Source of the DNA: Spirochaetia bacterium
Lineage (GTDB): Bacteria > Spirochaetota > Spirochaetia > SP-2023
Length of the DNA stretch: 64,000 nt
Direction: 5' to 3'
Assembly (NCBI GenBank): GCA_965225855.1
Contig: CBDDCK010000005.1
Span: 1,280,001 to 1,344,000 of the forward strand
The notes below the pieces were generated by a model, which ran no database searches, was not told the DNA's origin, and worked only from the letters and a program-made list of their open reading frames with translations. Both the position numbers and the translations under genes were made by a program. Below are positions 50,906 to 61,314 of this stretch, in pieces. The first letter of the stretch is position 1, and every line of letters starts with the position of its first letter.

Positions 50906-51138
50906 AAAAACAACTATTGATTATAAATGCCGTAAAAATTGTAGGGTAAGGGCAGCCTAATTAACGAACAATTGCTGACAATCGTTATTGCAAGGTTCAT
51001 GCAATAAGTGTTGTATTCGATTATAACAAGCGTTGCATTTAGATTGCAACAAGTATTAGAAACATCTTATAATAACTGTTGCACTTAAATTGGCCTCTTG
51101 CATAATTTGCCGACCGTAAAAATCATAAGAAGGTTATA

Positions 51139-52218
51139 ATGCAAGATAAAATTAGTGTAATTGTTCCCGTTTATAATACAGAAAAATACCTAGAAGAATG
51201 TTTAGAAAGTATTGTCAATCAATCATTTGCTAACCTTGAGATTATTATTGTCAATGATGCTTCGCCCGATGGTAGCCATAAAATTATCCAAAAGTTTGCA
51301 CAACATGACGCCCGTATTAAAGTAATTGACCATAAACAAAATTTAGGCCAGAGTGCTGCCAGAAATTCAGCATTAGATATGGCTTGTGGCGATTATATAT
51401 TTTTTATCGACAGTGATGACACTATAGAGCAGTCAACACTAGAAATTATGCTAGCAACAGCTATCAAAAATAATGCCGATATTGTCGGTTGCCCTTTGCG
51501 TAGAACGGACGAGCAAAACCAAAACACAATACAAATTGATTATGGTAGTACCAAGCCATATTTAATATTCCTTGGTGCAGAAGAGATATACAGAGCATAT
51601 TTTTTTCGAGGTAGTATATCGGTTACTGTAGCCGCAAAACTATATAAAAAACAACTTTGGTCCAATATCAGAATGCCCGTTGGTAGAATCCAAGAAGATA
51701 ATACTGTTTTTTATGATATAACATTAAATTGTAAAAAGTTTATACAAATCAATAAGCCACATTATAGCCACCGGTTGCATACAGAATCATCAACTGGAAA
51801 ACAAATTGATGAAAAATTTATTTTAGATTTCTTAGTATTTCTGAATAAACTAAAATACTTTTTTACTAGCAGCGATTGGTCACCAGATATTATTGCGGGT
51901 GCAAGGCAAACCATTCGCAATAGTTTAAAACATCAATGTATCTTACCCAATAATATTGCAATATTTAATCCAGATGCTCTAAAAATATTATTGCAAAATG
52001 CCCAACAATACGATTTAGAAACAGAAGTAATAGAAGAAATTGCCAATTGTTTTGATATTGTAGTAACCAAAATGCAACGCCAACAACAAGCTGATTGGTG
52101 GTACCAATTTGGTCAACGCTCAAACAAACAAAGAGTTTTGGCTATTGCTAAAATCATTAGCCAAAAGCTGGGGTTCTATGAATTACTGCAACTTTTGGCT
52201 GCTAAGTTAAAACGCTAA
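51139..52218 (+). CDS. GT2 glycosyltransferase
   Basis: ISVIVPVYN, NDASPD, FIDSDD, QED. Confidence 0.9.
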   Translation: MQDKISVIVPVYNTEKYLEECLESIVNQSFANLEIIIVNDASPDGSHKIIQKFAQHDARIKVIDHKQNLGQSAARNSALDMACGDYIFFIDSDDTIEQSTLEIMLATAIKNNADIVGCPLRRTDEQNQNTIQIDYGSTKPYLIFLGAEEIYRAYFFRGSISVTVAAKLYKKQLWSNIRMPVGRIQEDNTVFYDITLNCKKFIQINKPHYSHRLHTESSTGKQIDEKFILDFLVFLNKLKYFFTSSDWSPDIIAGARQTIRNSLKHQCILPNNIAIFNPDALKILLQNAQQYDLETEVIEEIANCFDIVVTKMQRQQQADWWYQFGQRSNKQRVLAIAKIISQKLGFYELLQLLAAKLKR

Positions 52219-52248
52219 ATTAAAATATTCGTTAGAAAAACAACCCCA

Positions 52249-53370
52249 ATGGAAAAACCAATACCTAAACCCAAAATCAGTATTATTGTGCCAGTTTACA
52301 ATACCCAACAATATTTGCGCCAGTGTTTGCAAAGTATTGTAAACCAAACTCTACAGGAAATTGAAATTATCGTAGTCAACGATGCCTCGCCCGATAATAG
52401 CCAAGCCATCATTGATGAATTTGCTGCCAAAGATGCTAGAATTATTTCAATTATTCATAGCGAAAATAAAAGGCAGGGTGCCGCTCGAAATACCGGCATG
52501 CAACATGCCAAAGCCGATGTTATCGGCTTTATTGACAGTGATGACTACATTGAAAACTCTATGTATGAAGATATGTACAACATGCTCATTGCCCATAATC
52601 TGGATATGGTTCAATGTTCAATCGCCAGAATTGGCCCCAATGGTTCTAATAGTATCTATTTCCAAGCCACAAGAAAAAACGGCATCATTTTGAGAGAATC
52701 TCTTATAGATGCCTTGTTTGAAATTAGCGAAATTGATTTCCCAATAAGGTGGAGCGCATGTAACAAAATCTTTGTGAAAGATATTATCATCCATAACAAA
52801 ATAGAATTTCCTGTAGGTATTATTGCAGAAGATATTCCTTTTACAATTAAGTATTTATCCAGCATCAATTCTGTGGGAAATCTGCCTGGTGATTATTATA
52901 AATACCGGTTAAATCTATCATCAACAATGAATAAAGATACAAACATTGCATACATAGATAGCTTTAATTTTATATATATGAATTTCCAAGATTTTTTTAT
53001 AGATAAAAAAAAATTCAAAAGTGATTATTTATTCGCTTTTTTTCATGAATATTGCAATGCACTATATCATATTTGGAATCGGTTTCCTGATGATAAAAAA
53101 ATAGAGCACAGTCAATTATTTATTGATTCCGTATACCAAAAAATTCCACAATTACTAGCCCATAATCAATTAGACCCTAATGCCATGAAGTTTATTTTAC
53201 AACCAATCGAATTTTTAAATAATCGCTGGTGCCGTTTTGGCTTGTTATCGCGCAAACGTAAAATTTGGGCGATTGCCAAATTCTTTAGCAAAAAACTGGG
53301 CTTATATAAATTGCTAAGGTCCATAGCAACGCCCATAGCCACTAAGTTTAAACACTATCTGGAAAAATAA
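52249..53370 (+). CDS. GT2 glycosyltransferase
   Basis: ISIIVPVYN, FIDSDD, AED. Confidence 0.9.
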   Translation: MEKPIPKPKISIIVPVYNTQQYLRQCLQSIVNQTLQEIEIIVVNDASPDNSQAIIDEFAAKDARIISIIHSENKRQGAARNTGMQHAKADVIGFIDSDDYIENSMYEDMYNMLIAHNLDMVQCSIARIGPNGSNSIYFQATRKNGIILRESLIDALFEISEIDFPIRWSACNKIFVKDIIIHNKIEFPVGIIAEDIPFTIKYLSSINSVGNLPGDYYKYRLNLSSTMNKDTNIAYIDSFNFIYMNFQDFFIDKKKFKSDYLFAFFHEYCNALYHIWNRFPDDKKIEHSQLFIDSVYQKIPQLLAHNQLDPNAMKFILQPIEFLNNRWCRFGLLSRKRKIWAIAKFFSKKLGLYKLLRSIATPIATKFKHYLEK

Positions 53371-53613
53371 TTATATAGGATATAGACAAGAATAAATGAT
53401 AAAATAATCATCTATTATCTCGTGTCTACCTTATCTGTAAATCCCAAACTGGGGTAAATATAATAAATTTCTATAGCTTTTTTTGACTGGTTATTTTATT
53501 GCTGAATCGTTATGGTTATGGCCCCTTGCTTTTTTAAAATCTAATATGATAATACTTTCAAGGGTTTAAGTTAGAAATTTCAGACGGAAAACTATATAAA
53601 AAGGATTAGTGCT

Positions 53614-54888
53614 TTGAACAAGGAAGATACAATCGACATTCTTAACAAATGTTATGGAGATGGTGGTTACTTTGGTGAATACCGAAAAAACGATCGATTG
53701 GAAACTGTGCGTCCGGTTTTGGATAGTATTCCAGGCCCAGAAATGAACTATAAAGGCACAGACTACATTATGTGGTCTGTCAATAACTACCTTGGGTTGG
53801 CAGGAGAGCCAAGTATTCAAAATGCAGCTCGTGAGGCTTTAGAAACCTATAGCGTCAGTGCGCCCATGGGCTCTCGCATGATGAGTGGCAATACTTCTGA
53901 ACATATTGCATTGGAACATTCCCTGGCTAAATGGCAGAATAAAGAGGCTGCCATTCTTTTCAATTATGGTTATATGGGCGTCATGGGCACTATTTCCGCA
54001 TTAGCTGGCCCAGGCGATACCATTATTATTGACAAGCTAGCCCATGCCTGTATTCTCGATGCTGCATTTCTTTCTAGGGCAAAGTTGCGCTTCTTTCGCC
54101 ATAACGATTGTAATGATCTGGAATCTGTTCTAAAAAGTGTCAATAAAAATAGAACGGGGGGCGTATTAATCGCCATTGAAGGCGTTTATGGTATGACAGG
54201 CGACATAGCCAAATTAAAAGAAATTTGCACATTAAAAGAGCAGTACAATGCTCGATTGTTTATTGATGATGCTCATGGTGTTGGCATACTAGGCCAAAAT
54301 GGACGCGGTGCGGCGTATTACTATGGTGTGCAAGATCAAGTAGATATTATGCTAGGTGCTTTTGCCAAAGCCTTTGCTGCCATAGGCGGTTTTGCCGCAA
54401 CACAGCAAGAAGTATGCGACTGGATTGCCTTTAATGCCCGTACCCAAGTTTTTGCCAAATCATTGCCCATGATCTATGTAAAATCCCTACAACGAACCCT
54501 AGAATTATTGCAGCAAGCCGAAACTCGGCGAGAACTTATGTGGAAACGTTCTAAGGCTTTAAAAGAAGGATTGCAGAACATGGGCTATACTATTGGTTTT
54601 GGTCAATCCCCATTGTGTGCTGTGTATGCCTCAACGGTTAGGGGGCATGAAGTTGGTACACGTATATTTAGTTACTTGCGCCAGAAAGGTATTTTTGTTA
54701 CTGGTGTTGTATACCCCGTAATCCCCCCGGGTTTGGTAATGTTTCGCATGATTCCGACTGCAGCCCATACAGAGCAACATGTTGCCCGTACTCTGGAAGC
54801 TTTTGCCGATATGAAGAAAGAATTGTCTATCGAGCCGATCCAAGATGATGAATTAGAAAAAATTAAGAAGTTATATTGTATTCAATAA
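53614..54888 (+). CDS. PLP-dependent alpha-oxoamine synthase (BioF/Kbl/SPT family)
   Basis: NNYLGL, GSRMMSGN, HACILD, FRHND, DDAHG, FAKAF. Confidence 0.85.
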   Translation: MNKEDTIDILNKCYGDGGYFGEYRKNDRLETVRPVLDSIPGPEMNYKGTDYIMWSVNNYLGLAGEPSIQNAAREALETYSVSAPMGSRMMSGNTSEHIALEHSLAKWQNKEAAILFNYGYMGVMGTISALAGPGDTIIIDKLAHACILDAAFLSRAKLRFFRHNDCNDLESVLKSVNKNRTGGVLIAIEGVYGMTGDIAKLKEICTLKEQYNARLFIDDAHGVGILGQNGRGAAYYYGVQDQVDIMLGAFAKAFAAIGGFAATQQEVCDWIAFNARTQVFAKSLPMIYVKSLQRTLELLQQAETRRELMWKRSKALKEGLQNMGYTIGFGQSPLCAVYASTVRGHEVGTRIFSYLRQKGIFVTGVVYPVIPPGLVMFRMIPTAAHTEQHVARTLEAFADMKKELSIEPIQDDELEKIKKLYCIQ

Positions 54889-54914
54889 TCATAAATTCTA
54901 CAGCAGAGTTGTAA

Positions 54915-55259
54915 ATGAAAGCTCTCTCATTTTTATGCAATAATTGTGGCAAAGAATCTTTACCGAATATCGATTCTTGTCCACACTGTGGTTCGGCTTT
55001 TAGCAATGTTGTGTATTGTTTGCAGTGTGAGTATGAAGCAGATGAAAAATATTTTCATGATGGTTGCCCTAAATGTGGCTATATGTCTAAAAATAAAAAC
55101 TCTAAAAACCGAAGCCAAGCCAATCAAGCCAATATTAAAGCCAAAGCAAAAAAGTTGCATAATAATAATTTTAGCTTTAAAGCTATAAGTATAGCCATTT
55201 TGGTATTGCTACTGATATTCTTTTTAATATGGTTTTACGACATTATCATATCTGGCTAA
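54915..55259 (+). CDS. double zinc-ribbon membrane protein
   Basis: Four CxxC pairs; C-terminal TM. Confidence 0.7.
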   Translation: MKALSFLCNNCGKESLPNIDSCPHCGSAFSNVVYCLQCEYEADEKYFHDGCPKCGYMSKNKNSKNRSQANQANIKAKAKKLHNNNFSFKAISIAILVLLLIFFLIWFYDIIISG

Positions 55260-55512
55260 AAGAACACGCTAGTCCATGTTTTCAAAAACTTAAAGCTCTT
55301 CGATATGTTCCCATTTTTCTTATTTCCCAAGTAAGTCAAAGATAAAAAACTTACCAAGGCTATAATTGGCCAATGCAAGCGTTGCAACAACAAGATACAG
55401 CCTAATAACCCAACAATAAGCCAACCAAGCATTGCTTGCAGCATTTACTTGGTTGGCCGCCCACTAGCTTTCATTTAGCTGCTCTAAGAGCTATTGGGCA
55501 AGCGCAGTCAAA

Positions 55513-57357
55513 CTAAGATAATATAATATTTTTTGTGTCTGCTGGACTACCCATTACAAATCCTGCTGCTGCTTCAAGGTTGTGAAGACCAACCTTAACC
55601 AGTATCTTATCGGCTTCCGCTTTTACACTACCGCTTAAAGTAATCGTTAAGCTTGTTGTACTTGCCGAACCTGTGGCTGTGTTTTCACCTATTGCGTGCC
55701 GGGGTAATGTGTATTTCTTCTTACCATCACTGGATACAAGCGTCAATTTGCTAAAGTCCCAGTCTGCAACTGCTGTCGGTAACTTTCTACCATTAATTAC
55801 TAACACGCCTGTACGAGGATTGTAGGTTGAGTGTTTGATCTGGCTTACATACCCACTAACGGTAATAGGATTGGTTGTGTCTTCTGCCCTACCACCTGCA
55901 AATCCTGCTGCTGCTTCCAGATTGTATGCACCAGCATCATCACTATCACCATTAGTAACCAGTATATCATAGGCTTTCGTGTATTCAGTACCCTTTAAAG
56001 TAATCGTTAAGCTTGTTGCACTTGCTGCAGAACCTTTGGCTCTGTTTCTATCGGTTGGGTTGTGCGGTGATAATCGGGCACTCTTACGACCATTACCTGC
56101 GACAAGCCTCAATTTGCTAAAGTCCCAGCCCCGCACTGATGACGGTAAATTGACACCTGTAATCACTAATCTACCTGTAATAGCATCGTAGGTTGCACTG
56201 GTAATTGTGGGTGCGGGGTTTCCACTAACGGCCAAGCCTTTGGCTGTATCTAAACCCGCCCAAGTACCAGTGCTAGTAAGCAACCCATCTTTTAGACCAT
56301 TGCTATCCATACCTGTTTTGCCATTCAGAGTAGCTTTATCGGTATCGGTAAGGTAAAGCCAAAGCGCTGTGCCAGCGCTATGCAGGCGGTACTTACCTTT
56401 TGCAAGACCGCGACTATCTGACCCAGTGGCTGTGGCATCTGCAGTATAGTAATTTAAGGCTAAGCCATCTACTACGATGGTTTGGATTTGCGCTTGGGTC
56501 GCACTAGCTAAGTGAGTACCTTGTACAGTTAACAGCGCCGTGCCAACATTGTAGGTTGCACGGGTAATTGCGGCTTTAGGCGACTCTTCTTCAGCTTGTT
56601 CGACTTGTTCGTCTTTAGGTTGCTTAGGCGACTCTTCTTCAGCTTGTTCGACTTGTTCGTCTTCAGTTTGCTTAGGCGACTCTTCTTCAGCTTGTTCGAC
56701 TTGTTTGTCTTTAGGTTGCTTAGGCGACTCTTCTTCAGCTTGTTCGACTTGTTCGTCTTCAGTTTGCTTAGGCGACTCTTCTTCAGCTTGTTCGACTTGT
56801 TTGTCTTTAGGTTGCTTAGGCGACTCTTCTTCAGCTTGTTCGACTTGTTCGTCTTCAGTTTGCTTAGGCGACTCTTCTTCGGTTTCGGTCTGCTTATCGG
56901 GTATATTGCTAACGGTTAAGTCTTTGGCTGTATCTAAACCCGCCCAAGCACCAGAGCTAGTAAGCAACCCTTTTTTTAGACCATTGCTACCCACCTTGGC
57001 CTCAAGAGCAGCTTTATGTTGCTCGGTAAGTTTCAGCCAAAGCTTTGTGCCATCAGTTGCAATACGGTACTTACCTTTTGCAAGATCGCGACTATCTGGC
57101 CCAGTGGCTGGGTCATCTGCAGTATAGGAACTGAAGGCTACGCCATCTACTACGATGGTTTGGATTTGGGCTTGGGTCGCACTGGTAGGACTTAAGTCAG
57201 TACCTTGTACGGTTAACAGCGCCGTAGCAAAGTCGTAGCTTGCACTGGTGATTGCAGGCGCAGAAGACGGCGCATCGTCATCGGGTGGTGCGCAGGCAAA
57301 GGCCATAAAGGTCAGTAGCCAGGCTACTGGCAATAAAAATAGTTTGTGCTTATACAT
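55513..57357 (-). CDS. repeat surface lipoprotein, paralog 4 (A-linker-A-B-B')
   Basis: MAFAC lipobox; 16-aa linker repeat x6. Confidence 0.85.
   Translation of the reverse strand: MYKHKLFLLPVAWLLTFMAFACAPPDDDAPSSAPAITSASYDFATALLTVQGTDLSPTSATQAQIQTIVVDGVAFSSYTADDPATGPDSRDLAKGKYRIATDGTKLWLKLTEQHKAALEAKVGSNGLKKGLLTSSGAWAGLDTAKDLTVSNIPDKQTETEEESPKQTEDEQVEQAEEESPKQPKDKQVEQAEEESPKQTEDEQVEQAEEESPKQPKDKQVEQAEEESPKQTEDEQVEQAEEESPKQPKDEQVEQAEEESPKAAITRATYNVGTALLTVQGTHLASATQAQIQTIVVDGLALNYYTADATATGSDSRGLAKGKYRLHSAGTALWLYLTDTDKATLNGKTGMDSNGLKDGLLTSTGTWAGLDTAKGLAVSGNPAPTITSATYDAITGRLVITGVNLPSSVRGWDFSKLRLVAGNGRKSARLSPHNPTDRNRAKGSAASATSLTITLKGTEYTKAYDILVTNGDSDDAGAYNLEAAAGFAGGRAEDTTNPITVSGYVSQIKHSTYNPRTGVLVINGRKLPTAVADWDFSKLTLVSSDGKKKYTLPRHAIGENTATGSASTTSLTITLSGSVKAEADKILVKVGLHNLEAAAGFVMGSPADTKNIILS
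56575..56880 (-). repeat. 48-bp coding tandem repeat x6
   Basis: EEESPKQTEDEQVEQA alternating with EEESPKQPKDKQVEQA. Confidence 0.9.
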
Positions 57358-58038
57358 AAGCAATACCTCCAACAAATGGATAAAGATTAGCCAACCCATA
57401 CGGGCTAGTGTGTAAATCCCCATTTTGCTAGGGGGGGTGTTGCGTCAAGGCCTATACAAGCTTTTTATAAGTTTTTTTATGTTTAGTGTTGTTTTGTGTT
57501 GGCACTTTTTTTGTGTCTTAGTGTTGTTTTGTGTTGTAAGGTGGTTCAAAATCCATGCCAATCAAAAGGCTTGAGGGTGTTGGCCTTTGTTTGTATTTGG
57601 GCCTTTGGCTGTTTCAGCCTTTGGTTGTTTCCATGCAATGATCAATAGTTTGGCTATATTGGCTTCTCGGTATTTAGTTGGGGCTCTTCTGGGTATATAC
57701 CGAAAGCGCTTTGCGCAAACAACTTTGGCCATACAGTGTTTTTTGGCTTGTTGCTTTGGTTTTGGTGGCCTTTGGGGTGTTAGTTGGGGGTGGGCATTAC
57801 CATTTTTGGCGTTATCGAAGACCCCACCAGTTTTATTGAGGCCTTACTTCCAGACACAGATATATCAACTTTTTCCACACCTGAGAATTATATTAACTAT
57901 AAACGAAACAGAAAAAATAACCTGGACTTTTCAGATTGAACAATATATTTTAGTAAATTTTGGTATAGTTTAAAATATATTCTCCATAATAAGCCCAGGC
58001 GCATTAAGGATTCTTTACATAAAAGAACCTTCAATTTA

Positions 58039-59124
58039 TCACGGTTTTAAAATAATCTTTAGAGCCCCTCCCGATGCCCCTCCTCTCTCTGCTAAAGCAA
58101 AAGCCTCTTCCCATTTTTCTAATGGGAATTCATGAGTTACAACTCCTTTCGTCATGAGCTTACCTTCATTAATCCAACGAATTACAGGCTCATAACAATA
58201 CGGACTTAGATGTGCACCAAGAAGATCAAGTTCCTTCTCATCACTTATAATACTCCAATCAACAGTACATTGATCACCAAAAACACTAAATTCAACAAAT
58301 GTTCCTAACCTACGTATTGCATCAAGCCCTTGTTGTATACCCTCAACATGGCCAGTGGCTTCTATATAAATATCACAACCATAGCCATCCGTCATATCAG
58401 TAATTTTCTGAACGACATTCTCTTTAGCCGGATTCATAATAATATCTGCACCATACTCTTTAGCTAGGGCTAAGCGTTCATCTTGCATGTCCAAAACAAC
58501 AATAGTCTTGGGATTTTTCATACGCAGATACGTGACCATACCCAAGCCAAGCGTTCCCGCTCCTGCAAGAACAACAAAATCTTCATTGGACACACCAGCT
58601 CGATCTACAGCATGTTTTGAACAAGCAAAAGGTTCAATCAAAACAGCATTCCATGTTGGTAATTCATCGGGGACCTTGTATACCAAAGAACCTTTAGGAA
58701 AGCGCATATATTCTGCCATGCCGCCATTCAAATGCTTTTTGAAGCCATAAACATCATGGACTTCACACATCCAGTATTGCCCACGTTTACAAAAAATGCA
58801 TTCCCAACAGGGGACAATCTGCTCTGAAATCACACGATCACCAATTTTGAAATCACCTGAAACATTATCACCAAGCTCAACAATATGACCTAGAAATTCA
58901 TGACCTGGAGTAAATGGTGTTACACAATAAGACGGTCGCACTTCGTCGCCCCAAAATCTTGCGGCTCCATGCTTTGCTTTAATATCACTAGCACAAATCC
59001 CGCAGGCCTCAACTTTTACAATTATATCCCCATCACTAGCATAAGGACGCGGAACAGTTTCCAAACGATAGTCATCTGGCGTATAAGAAACAATCGCCTT
59101 CATTTTATCTGGTAGATTACTCAT
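58039..59124 (-). CDS. Zn-dependent polyol dehydrogenase (erythritol/threitol dehydrogenase-like)
   Basis: CGICASD, GHE, CWECIFC...C, GAGTLG; start at MSNLPDK. Confidence 0.8.
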   Translation of the reverse strand: MSNLPDKMKAIVSYTPDDYRLETVPRPYASDGDIIVKVEACGICASDIKAKHGAARFWGDEVRPSYCVTPFTPGHEFLGHIVELGDNVSGDFKIGDRVISEQIVPCWECIFCKRGQYWMCEVHDVYGFKKHLNGGMAEYMRFPKGSLVYKVPDELPTWNAVLIEPFACSKHAVDRAGVSNEDFVVLAGAGTLGLGMVTYLRMKNPKTIVVLDMQDERLALAKEYGADIIMNPAKENVVQKITDMTDGYGCDIYIEATGHVEGIQQGLDAIRRLGTFVEFSVFGDQCTVDWSIISDEKELDLLGAHLSPYCYEPVIRWINEGKLMTKGVVTHEFPLEKWEEAFALAERGGASGGALKIILKP

Positions 59125-59143
59125 AGGTAAACCTCCTGAATAT

Positions 59144-60202
59144 TTATTCATAAAATATATGAATTTTATCTTTAACAAACTCTATACAAACATTATCTCC
59201 AGATTTAAGATAAATATTTTCCAAAGTAGAAATCATAAGTATATTCTTCTCGTCTAACTTAATAGTAAGTCTTTTTTCTTCTCCTAAATTCTCAAAAATG
59301 GAAATCGGTACTGAAGTCCCCTGCTTTGAGAATATAATATTATCGGGTCTAATCCCTAATTTAATTTGTTTATTAATAGCAACTTGCTCTATTAGATGAT
59401 GGGGCACTGGAAACCGAAAAAAATCAAAAGAAAAATACAGCTGATTATCTGATTTGACAACAGTCGGCTCAAGAATATTCATAGGCGGGTCCCCAATGAA
59501 TTCTGCAACAAAACGATTATTTGGATTGTTATACACTTCAGAAGGAGAAGCAAATTGTTGTAATACCCCAAAATTCATAATAACCAAACGATCCGCCAAT
59601 GACATCGCTTCTAGTTGATCATGTGTTACAAGAATTGTGGTACAACCAATTTTCTGATGTAATTTACGTATTTCGTATCGTAAAATCTGCCTCAGCTTAC
59701 CGTCTAAATGCGACATTGGTTCATCTAATAGTAAAATCTTCGGCTTGCGGACAATGGCTCTAGCGATATTAACTCGCTGCATTTGTCCACCACTAAGCTC
59801 TTTAGGCCGTTTGTCCAGAATATTATTCACATGTAATAATTCTGATATCTCATAAACGCGCTCTTTAACTACAGATTCAGACACACGATGAGCCCTTAAA
59901 TTAAAAGCAATATTGTCAAATATATTCAGCGGGGGATATAGAGCATAATCCTCAAATGCTAAACCAATACCTCTATCTTTAGGTAAAATATGATTGACAA
60001 CAATATCATCAAACCAAATATTTCCCTTAGAAACAGATTCTAATCCTGCAATCATACGCAGGGTTGTCGTTTTTCCACATCCAGAAGGGCCAAGTATTGC
60101 AATAAACTCACCTTCTTTACAAGAAAAATTCAGACCATTAACAGCATATTCTTGTACATGGGCATATTGTTTATACAAATTATCAATTTTCAATATAGCC
60201 AT
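59144..60202 (-). CDS. sugar ABC transporter ATP-binding protein
   Basis: GPSGCGKT, LSGGQ, LLDEP. Confidence 0.92.
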   Translation of the reverse strand: MAILKIDNLYKQYAHVQEYAVNGLNFSCKEGEFIAILGPSGCGKTTTLRMIAGLESVSKGNIWFDDIVVNHILPKDRGIGLAFEDYALYPPLNIFDNIAFNLRAHRVSESVVKERVYEISELLHVNNILDKRPKELSGGQMQRVNIARAIVRKPKILLLDEPMSHLDGKLRQILRYEIRKLHQKIGCTTILVTHDQLEAMSLADRLVIMNFGVLQQFASPSEVYNNPNNRFVAEFIGDPPMNILEPTVVKSDNQLYFSFDFFRFPVPHHLIEQVAINKQIKLGIRPDNIIFSKQGTSVPISIFENLGEEKRLTIKLDEKNILMISTLENIYLKSGDNVCIEFVKDKIHIFYE

Positions 60203-60212
60203 GATATTAATC

Positions 60213-61310
60213 CTAGTTATTTACAGTTAATAGATTGTGATTTTTAGCATCAAATAGCAAAAGAGCTTTCTCATTTATAGAACAATATAAATCCATATCA
60301 ACCTTTAATTCCCAACTACCTGGCACCAAAGTATTAAACTGCAGACCATCATTTTCAATTTGCACCACAAATCTATTACCAATTGAATAAAAATCAATAA
60401 CAACTCCTCTACGAAATCCCGGAGCCTCTTGTTCAGTAACTGCAATGTCACTAGCACGAATACCAATGAGAAAGTTATCACTAGAAACAGTAGATAATCT
60501 TTCTTTCACATTTTCAGCTATCTGCCAACAGAATCGACCAGAATCTACTATTAATTGATTCTCTTCTAATTTACATTGAAATAAATTGATCTCTGGCTCC
60601 CCTACTAATTTTGCAACAAAGATATTATATGGCTGATAATAAATTTGATCTGGAGTTCCTATTTGAACAATCTCTCCTTGATCAATAATGACCACCCTAT
60701 CCCCTAAGCTCAATGCTTCTAAATAATCATGAGTAACATAAATAGTTGTAGTATTTAGCTCTTGTCCAATAGCTTTCAGTTCGGTACGCATGGCATTTTT
60801 TAACTTTGCATCTAAATGAGCTAATGGTTCATCCATTAAAAAGATATTCGGTTTACGAACCAGCGCTCTTCCCAACGCCACTCTTTGCCTCTGACCATTA
60901 CTAAGCTGTGCAGGAAAACGATCATATAAGTGGTGAATATGCATTTTTTTTGTAACTTTATCTATTATTCTTGTAATCGTATCTTCATGTTCTTTATAAC
61001 GAGGGCTACGTAATGGAAACGCTATATTGTCATATACAGTCAAATGAGGGTATAAAGCATAATTTTCAAACACCATAGCCACATTTCTTTCATCTGGCCG
61101 GAGCTCATTAACGACTTTACCATCAAAATGTAACATGCCTTCGTCTGGCTTCAATATTCCAGAAATAATTGATAATAAAGTAGTTTTTCCTGCTCCTGCC
61201 GGGCCAAATAACACAATAAATTCTTTAGAGTGAATATCAATAGATACATTTGATAAAGCTTTTACTTTTCCATAACTTTTTGAAATTTTCTCTAAAGTAA
61301 TATTAGCCAT
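60213..61310 (-). CDS. sugar ABC transporter ATP-binding protein
   Basis: GPAGAGKT, LSNGQ, MDEP. Confidence 0.92.
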   Translation of the reverse strand: MANITLEKISKSYGKVKALSNVSIDIHSKEFIVLFGPAGAGKTTLLSIISGILKPDEGMLHFDGKVVNELRPDERNVAMVFENYALYPHLTVYDNIAFPLRSPRYKEHEDTITRIIDKVTKKMHIHHLYDRFPAQLSNGQRQRVALGRALVRKPNIFLMDEPLAHLDAKLKNAMRTELKAIGQELNTTTIYVTHDYLEALSLGDRVVIIDQGEIVQIGTPDQIYYQPYNIFVAKLVGEPEINLFQCKLEENQLIVDSGRFCWQIAENVKERLSTVSSDNFLIGIRASDIAVTEQEAPGFRRGVVIDFYSIGNRFVVQIENDGLQFNTLVPGSWELKVDMDLYCSINEKALLLFDAKNHNLLTVNN

Positions 61311-61314
61311 ATAA

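Noticed and set aside
56596..57127. Repetitive antisense ORFs (also 22579-22899 and others)
   Set aside because: Shadows of the lipoprotein linker repeats.
57587..57973. 128-aa ORF
   Set aside because: Spans repeat-derived low-complexity cassette flank; no recognisable motif or RBS.
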